Shown here: positions 10,520 to 19,275 of the stretch, piece by piece
How positions within the stretch are numbered: position 1 is the stretch's first letter
Layout: each line of letters begins with the position of its first letter
NCBI GenBank assembly: GCA_964406475.1
Contig: CAYORS010000002.1
Location: forward strand, 1,598-65,597
Length of the DNA: 64,000 nt
DNA from: an uncultured Candidatus Saccharibacteria bacterium
Lineage (GTDB): Bacteria; Patescibacteriota; Minisyncoccia; Phycocordibacterales; CAIRYW01
Reading direction: 5' to 3'
Notes under the pieces: generated by a model
Told to the model about the DNA's origin: nothing
Database searches by the model: none
The model's input: only the letters and a program-made list of their open reading frames with translations
Position numbers and translations under genes: made by a program

Positions 10520-11515
10520 TTATTTTATTTCTATATTAGAGGGAAGAAGATTGTGAGTCTCGAGGAAATCTCGCATCGTCACATCTCCCATACCAAACCC
10601 GACAGTAGGGAGTGGTTCAACCCCAAACATCTCGAGTAGGTTATCATAGCGTCCACCGCCGAAAAGTGATCTATTGTTTGCAGGATCAGTATCGAACACT
10701 TCAAATACCATACCGGTGTAGTAGTCAAAGCCACGCATAATTGAAGATTCAAATTTTATATTTGTTATTCCTTTAGCCCTTAGCTTGTCTACCAGTTTAC
10801 TTAAGTCAGATGCTTCATATATTTTTCGAGCCTCAATTTCGTCAAATGGTCGAGCGAAATATTTTTCATTTCCTTCCTTTTGATCCTCAGGAGAAAGCTT
10901 TGGTCGCCTATCAAGAAAAGACATAACTTCTTTCCATTGGTTTTGGTCTCGAAGGATCGGTTTGTACATTTCAAATATAACCCTTCTGTCATTAACTTGT
11001 ATTTGAAAGTCCTCATCCTTAGCTCCAAACTCTTTCATTATATTGTATGCAAGTGTAATTATCTCTACCTCCGCATCTATTGTAGAGAAATCCTTGTTGT
11101 TACCCATAACATCACAATTGAGTTGCCAATGTTCGCGTCGTCGGCCACGCTGTGATCGCTCATAACGGAAACAGTTGGGAATAGAAAACCATCTGAGGGG
11201 AAGCTTGAGACCCTTTCTGCGTGCAGCAACCATTCGCGCGAGTGTCGGTGTCATCTCTGGTCGCAGCGCTACTTCTCGATCACCTTTGTCGATAAAGGTG
11301 TACATTTGTTCATTTACGATTTCTTCGTTTCTTTCTCCCTTTGCCTTGTAAAGGTCAGCTGACTCGAGGATGGATGCTCCGTACTCAACATAGCCGAACT
11401 CTTTGGCAACTTTGCGCCACGTATCAAAAATGTAATTTTGTATCGCCATATCCTCAGGGTAGAAGTCTCGGACGCCTTTGTATGGTTCTGTACTTAGTTT
11501 TTGTTTTTCTATCAT
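10520..11515 (-). CDS. hisS: Histidine--tRNA ligase, catalytic domain only
   Basis: GVRDFYP, LRPEMTP, FRYERSQRGR, RGFDYYTG, GGGRYD, GFGMG; ends about 20 aa after motif 3. Confidence 0.92.
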   Translation of the reverse strand: MIEKQKLSTEPYKGVRDFYPEDMAIQNYIFDTWRKVAKEFGYVEYGASILESADLYKAKGERNEEIVNEQMYTFIDKGDREVALRPEMTPTLARMVAARRKGLKLPLRWFSIPNCFRYERSQRGRRREHWQLNCDVMGNNKDFSTIDAEVEIITLAYNIMKEFGAKDEDFQIQVNDRRVIFEMYKPILRDQNQWKEVMSFLDRRPKLSPEDQKEGNEKYFARPFDEIEARKIYEASDLSKLVDKLRAKGITNIKFESSIMRGFDYYTGMVFEVFDTDPANNRSLFGGGRYDNLLEMFGVEPLPTVGFGMGDVTMRDFLETHNLLPSNIEIK

Positions 11516-11603
11516 AGTCTGTATAGTAGCATTTTTTTATCGATAAAAAAAGCTTGCTTTGTTATGTGTTTTGATTATGATTATGAGTAGGAGGTAAATT
11601 ATT

Positions 11604-11846
11604 ATGCTTACAGTTTCTTGTTCTTGTTCCCACTGCAATAGCTCATTTGAAGGTGTTCCTGGTGACAGTGTTTGTGCTGCATGTCTTCAAAAGATTAGAG
11701 AAAAGGAAAAAGAAAGGTATGTGGAGGAATGGCTCGCAAGATACCCACGCCTAGATGATGAATGCTTGAGAGCTATTTTGATGGAATTATGGGAGCTTAG
11801 AGTGAAGGTCGGCAATCTTTCGCGCCAACCTGAAATCCTGGGTTAG
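11604..11846 (+). CDS. Small hypothetical protein with Cys motif (CxCxxC...CxxC)
   Basis: GGAGGT Shine-Dalgarno upstream, hairpin+T terminator (agaagtgt-acttcgg-acacttct-ttt) downstream. Confidence 0.6.
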   Translation: MLTVSCSCSHCNSSFEGVPGDSVCAACLQKIREKEKERYVEEWLARYPRLDDECLRAILMELWELRVKVGNLSRQPEILG

Positions 11847-11880
11847 AAGTGTACTTCGGACACTTCTTTTTATTTTAGTC

Positions 11881-12633
11881 ATGAAAATAAGTACTTATAA
11901 ACAATTAGGTGAAACACCACTCGAAGCTCTCGAAAGAATAAGGGTGGAAAGAGCGATACCTATAAATGTGCCTATGACATATGCAGGGCGACTCGATCCT
12001 ATGGCAGAGGGGCTACTTTTGATATTGGTGGGAGAGGAATGTAAGAACAAGGACGATTATCTAGGACTCGATAAAGAGTATGAAGTGGAAGTGTTGTTTG
12101 GATTTGAGACGGATACAGGAGACACACTAGGGAAAGTCAAAGATCAAAAGTCAGAAGTCAAAACTGAAATTCAAAAATCAAAAATAGAAGAAATTCTAAA
12201 AACATTCATTGGAAAATCTGTCCAGGAGTACCCCGCATACTCGTCAAAGACCGCAAATGGGGTACAACTTCATACACTTGCGAATAAAGGTGAATTGCCA
12301 GACAAAATGCCAACAAGGGAAGTTGAGATATATAGTATAGATATATTAGAGGAGAGAGAAATAAGTTCAAAGATTCTGCTTAAAGAAATAAAAGCAAGAG
12401 TGAAGAAAGTGAATGGGGATTTTAGACAAAAAGAAATTATTGAACTATGGGATAAGAATCTCAAAGACAAAAAAGACAGTTTTAAAATAATAAAAATAAA
12501 AGTGAAGTGTTCAAGTGGGACGTATATGCGTTCACTTGCACACAATCTTGGTAGTACCCTAGGAGTTCCTGCTCTTGCATATTCAATAAAGCGAACAAAG
12601 ATTGGTGAATCTTTTGAGAGATGTAATATATAA
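11881..12633 (+). CDS. truB: tRNA pseudouridine synthase B-like protein
   Basis: YAGRLDPMAEGLL, FGFETDTGD, YPAYSS, CSSGTYMRSLA. Confidence 0.85.
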   Translation: MKISTYKQLGETPLEALERIRVERAIPINVPMTYAGRLDPMAEGLLLILVGEECKNKDDYLGLDKEYEVEVLFGFETDTGDTLGKVKDQKSEVKTEIQKSKIEEILKTFIGKSVQEYPAYSSKTANGVQLHTLANKGELPDKMPTREVEIYSIDILEEREISSKILLKEIKARVKKVNGDFRQKEIIELWDKNLKDKKDSFKIIKIKVKCSSGTYMRSLAHNLGSTLGVPALAYSIKRTKIGESFERCNI

Positions 12634-12699
12634 CAAAATCATAAATTGTCAATAAAATTTGATGTCATAATATGATTGTATATATGCTACAATCTACCT

Positions 12700-13977
12700 A
12701 TGCGACAAACACACATTTTTACCAAAACCCGTTTTGAGGCACCAAAAGATGAGGTGTCCAAAAACGCCGAGATTCTTATTCGTGCTGGGTTTATTTACAA
12801 AAACTTTGCTGGAGTGTATTCGTCATTGCTGTTAGGGCTCCGTGTGATGAAAAAAATAGAAAATATAGTACGAGAAGAAATGAACAGAATCGGAGGTCAA
12901 GAGATTTATCTTGCATCGCTTCAAGACAAAAAACTATGGGAAAAAACAAACCGATGGGATGATGCTGTAGTGGATAATTGGTTTAAGACAAAACTCAAAA
13001 ATGATACAGAGCTTGGGCTTGGGTTTACTCATGAAGAACCTTTGACTCAACTAATGAAAGATCATATCAGATCTTATAAAGATCTTCCTGTGTATGCATA
13101 TCAGTTCCAGACAAAGTTTCGAAATGAAACACGGGCAAAGAGTGGGATTCTTCGAGGGCGAGAGTTTCTTATGAAAGATCTGTATTCTTTTTCAAAAAAT
13201 GAAGAGGAGCATAATGCATTTTATCGTAAAGCAACACAAGCTTACATGAATATCTTTGATCGTGTGGGGTTAGGTGGAAAAACTTACCTCACATTTGCAT
13301 CGGGTGGAGTGTTTGCAAAATATTCGCATGAATTTCAAACTGAGACAGAAGCGGGTGAAGATATAATTTATGCTAATAAAGATACATCACTCATGAAGTC
13401 TGCTGTCAAAGGTTCTGCAGTGAATAAAGAAGTTTACAATGATGAGGTCTTAAAAGAGCTTGGATACCATAAAGAAGATTTGATTGAGAAAAAAACAGTC
13501 GAAGTCGGAAACATCTTTACTCTCGGGACTCGTTTCTCAGAGCCTTTGGGGCTTGCTTATGTTGATGAGAATGGCGAATCAAAGCCAGTTTTTATGGGAT
13601 CATATGGTATTGGTATAGGACGCCTTATGGGAACTATCGTTGAAGTATTGGGCAAAGACAAAGAAATGATTTGGCCTCTCACTGTATCGCCTTTTGCCGT
13701 TCATATTATTGATTTGTCGCAAGGGGATGAAAGTATCAAAAAAGCATCCAATGAATTATATGAACGACTCGAAAAAGAAAACATCGAAACACTTCTGGAT
13801 GATCGTGATATACGTGCAGGAGAAAAATTCGGTGATGCTGATTTGATTGGAATTCCATATCGTGTTACCGTTGGTAAAAAATCGATTGAGCAAGGAGGAT
13901 ATGAATTTAAAAACCGTATAACAGGAGAGGTGAATATAAAGAATATTGAGGAGATAATTAAGATTTTAAGACAATGA
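12700..13977 (+). CDS. proS: Proline--tRNA ligase (short form, no INS editing domain)
   Basis: THEE, YQFQTKFRNE.R..SG.LRGREFLMKDLYSF, EVGNIF.LG, MGSYGIG, C-terminal anticodon domain. Confidence 0.97.
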   Translation: MRQTHIFTKTRFEAPKDEVSKNAEILIRAGFIYKNFAGVYSSLLLGLRVMKKIENIVREEMNRIGGQEIYLASLQDKKLWEKTNRWDDAVVDNWFKTKLKNDTELGLGFTHEEPLTQLMKDHIRSYKDLPVYAYQFQTKFRNETRAKSGILRGREFLMKDLYSFSKNEEEHNAFYRKATQAYMNIFDRVGLGGKTYLTFASGGVFAKYSHEFQTETEAGEDIIYANKDTSLMKSAVKGSAVNKEVYNDEVLKELGYHKEDLIEKKTVEVGNIFTLGTRFSEPLGLAYVDENGESKPVFMGSYGIGIGRLMGTIVEVLGKDKEMIWPLTVSPFAVHIIDLSQGDESIKKASNELYERLEKENIETLLDDRDIRAGEKFGDADLIGIPYRVTVGKKSIEQGGYEFKNRITGEVNIKNIEEIIKILRQ

Positions 13978-15032
13978 AATTTTTAGACAAAATCAAACAG
14001 GCTTTTTCAAACGATATTGGAATCGATCTTGGTACTGCAAATACGTTGGTACATTTGGAAGGGAAAGGGATTGTGGTCAATGAGCCTTCTGTTGTGGCTG
14101 TCAATACAAAAACAGGACAAGTGGTGGCTGTGGGGAGCCAGGCAAAAGAAATGCTCGGCAAAACACCAGGACACATTACTGCAGTGCGTCCTCTTGTTGA
14201 TGGGGTGATATCAGATTTTGAGGTGACAGAAGAGATGATGTCGTATTTGATTGGTCGTGCAGAAGGAGAGCAAAAAAAAATGTTAGGACCTCGCGTGGTG
14301 ATAGGTGTACCGTCAGGGATTACAAACGTAGAAAGGCGAGCTGTGCGTGACGCAACCATAAATGCAGGTGCTCGAGAGGTTTATATTGTTGAAGAGCCTA
14401 TGGCGGCTGCAATAGGAATTGGAATACCAATTCAAGATCCAACAGGTAATATGATTGTTGATATTGGAGGTGGCACAACAGATATCGCCATTATTTCACT
14501 TGGAGGTATTGTGCATTCTCGCAATATCAAAATCGCAGGAGACAAACTCAACAATGATATTGTTCTTTTCTTAAAAAATGAATTAAAAATTCTTGTGGGC
14601 GATAAGACAGCGGAAGATATTAAGATCAACCTCGGTAATGTTCTTATAAGTGATACTCCACATGAAATGACAATTAGGGGCCGTGATTTGATTACTGGTT
14701 TGCCACGAGAGGTAGTTGTGACAGAAGCTGATGTACGAGAAGCTATTGCTAATTCAATTGATGTTCTTATTGAATCAATTAAAGAAGTAATTGAAATAAC
14801 TCCTCCAGAAGTTGTGGCTGATATTATGCATCGAGGTCTTCATCTTGTGGGAGGAGGAGCTTTATTGCGAGGTATACCTGAACTTTTAAATGAAGTCCTC
14901 AAAATCCCTGTTCATGTGGCAGATGATCCATTGACTGCTGTTGTGAGGGGGACAGGAATAATCCTTGGTGATATTGAAGGTTTTGGTGACGCACTAATAA
15001 AAAACGAAGATGAACTACCGTTTTCAGCATAA
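13974..15032 (+). CDS. mreB: Rod shape-determining protein MreB
   Basis: IGIDLGTANT, EEPMAAAIG, VDIGGGTTD, LVGGGALL. Confidence 0.98.
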   Translation: MKFLDKIKQAFSNDIGIDLGTANTLVHLEGKGIVVNEPSVVAVNTKTGQVVAVGSQAKEMLGKTPGHITAVRPLVDGVISDFEVTEEMMSYLIGRAEGEQKKMLGPRVVIGVPSGITNVERRAVRDATINAGAREVYIVEEPMAAAIGIGIPIQDPTGNMIVDIGGGTTDIAIISLGGIVHSRNIKIAGDKLNNDIVLFLKNELKILVGDKTAEDIKINLGNVLISDTPHEMTIRGRDLITGLPREVVVTEADVREAIANSIDVLIESIKEVIEITPPEVVADIMHRGLHLVGGGALLRGIPELLNEVLKIPVHVADDPLTAVVRGTGIILGDIEGFGDALIKNEDELPFSA

Positions 15033-15765
15033 AAAGAGACCTACATATCGGATTTATATTGTAGGCAGTATTGTTGTGTTGTGTTTGTTTGCACATATCT
15101 TTTTTAGAGATTTTTTGTTTAGATCGCTTATCACAATAAAAGGTGGGATTGAAAAAACAGTTGATTTTGTCTTGCCACAGAGTTTTCGCCGTAACAGCAT
15201 CCTTGAAGAAGAGAATAAGAGACTCCGCGAAGAAATCACAAATCTAATTGCATCAAACGCAATCATTCCTGTTTTGCAAAAAGAAAATCAAGATTTGCAT
15301 TTTCTTTTTCAAAAAAGAAAAGCGTCAACAACTGAAGTGTTGGGTACGGTTGTTGCATATCCTTCAAAGACTCCTTTTGATGAGCTTGTTGTTGAGATAA
15401 CAGGAGAGACAAAAGTGGGTGACAGGGTCTTTGTGGGAGGACTTGTTTTGGGTGAGGTGGTAGAAGTAATATCGCCTTATGCAACAGTGCGTCTGTTTTC
15501 TTCACCAGGTAATACTTTTCAGGGTAAAATTGGTGATAACAAGGTGGATGTGAGAGGGTTAGGAGGAGGTGCTTTTGAGGCTCTTGTACCTATCGGTATG
15601 TCTATCAAAGTAGGTGACCCTCTTGTCTTGCAATCCCTGAGTCCTAAAGTCTTTGGTGTTGTGATGTCGGTTGAAGAAAAAGAATCCGAGGGATTTAAAA
15701 GACTTCTTTTTTCTTTGCCGGTGAATCTTAATATGATTAATTATGTTGTGATAAAAAACAATTAA
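15010..15765 (+). CDS. mreC: Rod shape-determining protein MreC
   Basis: TM helix, coiled coil (LEEENKRL), beta-rich periplasmic domain; follows mreB. Confidence 0.85.
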   Translation: MNYRFQHKKRPTYRIYIVGSIVVLCLFAHIFFRDFLFRSLITIKGGIEKTVDFVLPQSFRRNSILEEENKRLREEITNLIASNAIIPVLQKENQDLHFLFQKRKASTTEVLGTVVAYPSKTPFDELVVEITGETKVGDRVFVGGLVLGEVVEVISPYATVRLFSSPGNTFQGKIGDNKVDVRGLGGGAFEALVPIGMSIKVGDPLVLQSLSPKVFGVVMSVEEKESEGFKRLLFSLPVNLNMINYVVIKNN

Positions 15766-16025
15766 TGATGTATCGTTTCTTTATTACTATACTTGTTTTG
15801 TTGAGTTTTTTTATTCTCCCGTGGTGGTGTACTGTGCTTTTATGTATCGCAAGCTCGATTTTTTTTGATTATAAAGAAATGATTGTTTTTGGTTTTTTGT
15901 ATGATGTGTTGTACAACACAAAGGAAACTTTTTTGGCGGGACATATTTTTTTTATCGGAGCACTGTGTCTTTATGGTATGATGATAATCGTTAGACCTTA
16001 CATAAAGACAGAGTATGTTTCGTAA
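15765..16025 (+). CDS. Small membrane protein in the mreD position
   Basis: 86 aa, highly hydrophobic, GFLYD motif, overlaps both mreC and PBP2. Confidence 0.6.
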   Translation: MMYRFFITILVLLSFFILPWWCTVLLCIASSIFFDYKEMIVFGFLYDVLYNTKETFLAGHIFFIGALCLYGMMIIVRPYIKTEYVS

Positions 16026-17709
16026 AATACAATCTTTTTGGAAAAAAACAAAACACAAACAATATTCCACAGTCAATCCTGAGGAAATTTTTCTTGATTC
16101 TTCCAATCTTCCTTCCTTCAATCGAGATCAGTTTGAGGGTCGTATTGAAACCTCGATTTCAAAAACATCTCTTACTCTTATAAAAATCTGTTTTGCTTTG
16201 ATTGTGATTGTGTTTGTCTATAAGGTGTGGGATTTGCAAGTAATCCAAGGTGATTTTTATCTTCAAAAATCACTTACAAACACTCTCAAAAAAGATATTA
16301 TCTTTGCTCACAGAGGTATTATTGTTGACAGGAACAACGCATCTCTTGTGTGGAACGAAGAATCAAATGAAAGACCGTATGATACAAGGGAGTACGTACA
16401 ACAAAGAGGATTTTCTCATCTTCTTGGGTTTGTTAAATACCCGGGGCAAGATGCTACGGGTAAGTTTTATAGTTTTGATACATTAGGACAAGATGGATTA
16501 GAAAAATATTTTAATCAAAATCTCAGTGGAACAAATGGTTCAAAACTGACCGAAACAAATGTAAAAGGTGAGATAGAAAGCCAAAGTATTCTTCTCCCTC
16601 CTCAAAATGGACAAAAAATCACCCTCTCGATTGACTCTCGTGTTCAAAGCCAGTTCTTCAATGAACTTGCTCGTGCTGTGGATGAGTCGGGTTTTGCTGG
16701 GGGGGCTGGGGTGATTATGGATACGCATACAGGAGAAGTTTTGGCTCTTGTGTCATATCCTGATTATAGTTCTGAGGTAATGACTCTGGGACAAGATAGG
16801 TTAAAAATAAAAGAATATTTGGAATCAAAACGTCAACCGTTTCTTGATCGTGCAATTTCTGGTTTGTATGCACCAGGATCTATTGTGAAGCCTTTTATTG
16901 CACTCGGTATTCTTGAAGAGAGTATTATTGATCCCAATAAACAAATTTTGACAGAAGGCTTTCTTTCTCTTCCCAATCCATATGATCCAGAGCATCCTAC
17001 TATCTTTAAAGACTGGAAAAACCACGGCATTGTCGATATGAGAAAGGCTATAGCCGTATCTTCTGATGTATATTTTTATATCACTGGAGGTGGATTCAAA
17101 AATCAAAAAGGACTCGGGATTTCAAAGATTGACGAGTATATGTCCAAATTCTTTTTTGGTGTTTCAACTTTTGGTTTCTTTGATGGGCCTGCAGGGACGA
17201 TACCCACTCCAGAATGGAAAGCTCGTCTTTTTGACGGAGAAGATTGGCGTATTGGTAATACATATCACACAGCAATTGGGCAGTATGGTTTTCAGGTGAC
17301 ACCACTTCAAATCGCTCGAGCAATGACAGGTATTGCAACTGAAGGCGATATTGTGGAACCTGTAATTACAAAAGATGAACAAGGTCAAAAAACACACATT
17401 GATGATATCGAGTCAAAAAATTACAAAGTAGTCAAAGAGGGAATGAGACAGGCTGTCACAAACGGTACTGCTATTGCTCTCAATATAAGTACACTGGCTG
17501 TCGCAGCAAAAACGGGAACAGCAGAGCTTGGAAGTTTGAAACAAAAAGTAAACTCGTGGGTAGAAGGGTTTTTCCCTTACGATAATCCGCGCTATACTTT
17601 TGCTGTTGTGCTTGAAAACGGACCTACCACATACAAGGTAAGTGCAATGCAAGTAATGGGACATACTCTCAAGTGGATGACAGAAAATACTCCTGAATAT
17701 ACAAAGTAG
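16015..17709 (+). CDS. mrdA: Penicillin-binding protein 2 (class B)
   Basis: RG.I.DRN, PGSIVK (SxxK), SSD (SxN variant), KTGTAE; within the mre cluster. Confidence 0.9.
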   Translation: MFRKIQSFWKKTKHKQYSTVNPEEIFLDSSNLPSFNRDQFEGRIETSISKTSLTLIKICFALIVIVFVYKVWDLQVIQGDFYLQKSLTNTLKKDIIFAHRGIIVDRNNASLVWNEESNERPYDTREYVQQRGFSHLLGFVKYPGQDATGKFYSFDTLGQDGLEKYFNQNLSGTNGSKLTETNVKGEIESQSILLPPQNGQKITLSIDSRVQSQFFNELARAVDESGFAGGAGVIMDTHTGEVLALVSYPDYSSEVMTLGQDRLKIKEYLESKRQPFLDRAISGLYAPGSIVKPFIALGILEESIIDPNKQILTEGFLSLPNPYDPEHPTIFKDWKNHGIVDMRKAIAVSSDVYFYITGGGFKNQKGLGISKIDEYMSKFFFGVSTFGFFDGPAGTIPTPEWKARLFDGEDWRIGNTYHTAIGQYGFQVTPLQIARAMTGIATEGDIVEPVITKDEQGQKTHIDDIESKNYKVVKEGMRQAVTNGTAIALNISTLAVAAKTGTAELGSLKQKVNSWVEGFFPYDNPRYTFAVVLENGPTTYKVSAMQVMGHTLKWMTENTPEYTK

Positions 17710-17746
17710 ATTGATTTTTTAGTTTTTTGTTGTAAGGTAAACATTG

Positions 17747-18175
17747 ATGAAGACTATGTTCCTTTTGTTGGTCACGAGTATACTCGTGAGTTGTATCCCA
17801 CAAGGTAATTACCAAGGTGTTCCGATGCCTCCGTATCGTGACGCTCCGGTGAAGTTCGAATCGAGAACACAAAATCCTCCTGTGTGTCACACGTCTCGAT
17901 GTGTGCAACAGCAGAGGGTTGTTCAAGAAAGGGTTGTGTTTGTGGAAAAACCTACACCGATCCCACAACCTTACCCTGTATACATTGAGAGACCACAACC
18001 AGTATTTATTCCCATTCAGAGACAGCCTGTTTCAATGTCTGATCCTGTCTATGAACCAAGATGCAGACAGGTGATACAGATGTGTCCACAACCGGTATTT
18101 ACACCACCTCCTTGGGGGTCGTGTAGGCAAATATCTATGCCACCACCGTGTTATGGGAATCCATATCATCAGTAA
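17747..18175 (+). CDS. Hypothetical Pro/Gln/Cys-rich putative lipoprotein
   Basis: MKTMFLLLVTSILVS-C lipobox-like signal; hairpin terminator after the stop. Confidence 0.6.
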   Translation: MKTMFLLLVTSILVSCIPQGNYQGVPMPPYRDAPVKFESRTQNPPVCHTSRCVQQQRVVQERVVFVEKPTPIPQPYPVYIERPQPVFIPIQRQPVSMSDPVYEPRCRQVIQMCPQPVFTPPPWGSCRQISMPPPCYGNPYHQ

Positions 18176-18296
18176 ATCCCTCAAAAAAGCATTGCTTTGA
18201 GAGGGTATTTTTATTGTTTATATATATTGACAAAATAATCAAATATGATATAATTAAAAAAGATTCCAGTGAGTCTGTCAAACAAAACAAACTATT

Positions 18297-18599
18297 ATGA
18301 AAACAGTGTTCCTTACCATTCTTCTTTCCATGTCTTGCTTTATCACCTCCTGCACTCCACAAATGCAGGCAAATTTACAGCGGGCTGCTCTTGCAGGGAT
18401 TGCTCAAGGACTCCAGCCTCGTGGATATCCTCAACAAAGAGGGTATCCTAAGCGGGTGATGTCGCCACAAATGGGGTATTCGCAACAAATACATTCGCAA
18501 GGATATCCTGTTGGGTATATGCCGCAAGGTGGATACTCTCAAATGATGGGTGGTGGGTATGGGCGTGACCATGGGTTTACGCTTTATCCAAGAAGATGA
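18297..18599 (+). CDS. Hypothetical Gln/Gly/Tyr-rich putative lipoprotein
   Basis: MKTVFLTILLSMSCFITS-C signal; GY[P/S] repeats; TTGACA..TATAAT-like promoter at about 18227-18253. Confidence 0.62.
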   Translation: MKTVFLTILLSMSCFITSCTPQMQANLQRAALAGIAQGLQPRGYPQQRGYPKRVMSPQMGYSQQIHSQGYPVGYMPQGGYSQMMGGGYGRDHGFTLYPRR

Positions 18600-18713
18600 T
18601 TTGTTAAGCCAGGGACGCAATTGCGCTCCCTGGCTTTTCTTTTTGATTGACTTTTGAGGTCAAAAGTTTTAAAATAGCATTGTTTTTCAATATAAAATCT
18701 AATCATAAAATAT

Positions 18714-19181
18714 ATGGCCGACGAAAAAGAGTATTTGACAAAAGAAAAGTTTGAAGAATTGAAAGCCGAGCTCGAAGAACTCAAAAAAACAAAAAGACGA
18801 GAGGTTGCTGACAGTCTTGAATATGCCAAATCTATGGGTGATCTTTCTGAAAATGCAGAATACCAAGAGGCTCGAGAAATGCAAGCAGAAGTAGAAGATC
18901 GTGTAAGTAAGCTTGAAAATATTTTGAAAAATGCTTCTATTGTATCTTCTCATCATGGAGGTGTTGTCACAATTGGTTCGACTGTTGTTGTTAAAAAGCA
19001 CGGAGACAAAGAAAACCGTACATACCAAATTGTAGGTTCTGAAGAGGCAGATATATCAAAAGGGAAGATCTCTAATCATTCACCAATTGGGCTTGCGATA
19101 ATGGGCAAAAAGAAAGGTGATAAGTTTGATGTGGCTACTCCAAAAGGAAAGATTGTATATGAGCTTGTTGATGTAAAATAA
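18714..19181 (+). CDS. greA: Transcription elongation factor GreA
   Basis: GDLSENAEY, IVGSEEAD, IS..SPIG.A. Confidence 0.98.
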   Translation: MADEKEYLTKEKFEELKAELEELKKTKRREVADSLEYAKSMGDLSENAEYQEAREMQAEVEDRVSKLENILKNASIVSSHHGGVVTIGSTVVVKKHGDKENRTYQIVGSEEADISKGKISNHSPIGLAIMGKKKGDKFDVATPKGKIVYELVDVK

Positions 19182-19223
19182 AACAAAAGCCGCGCCCCTG
19201 TGGGGCGCGGCTTTTGTTTTTTT
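19180..19223 (+). terminator. Strong intrinsic terminator
   Basis: aaaacaaaagccgcgcccc-tgt-ggggcgcggcttttgtttt perfect stem plus T-run. Confidence 0.9.
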
Positions 19224-19275
19224 ATAAGAAATCATATACTGGAAACTTTGTTCTTTCTCCTATATACTACTAATT

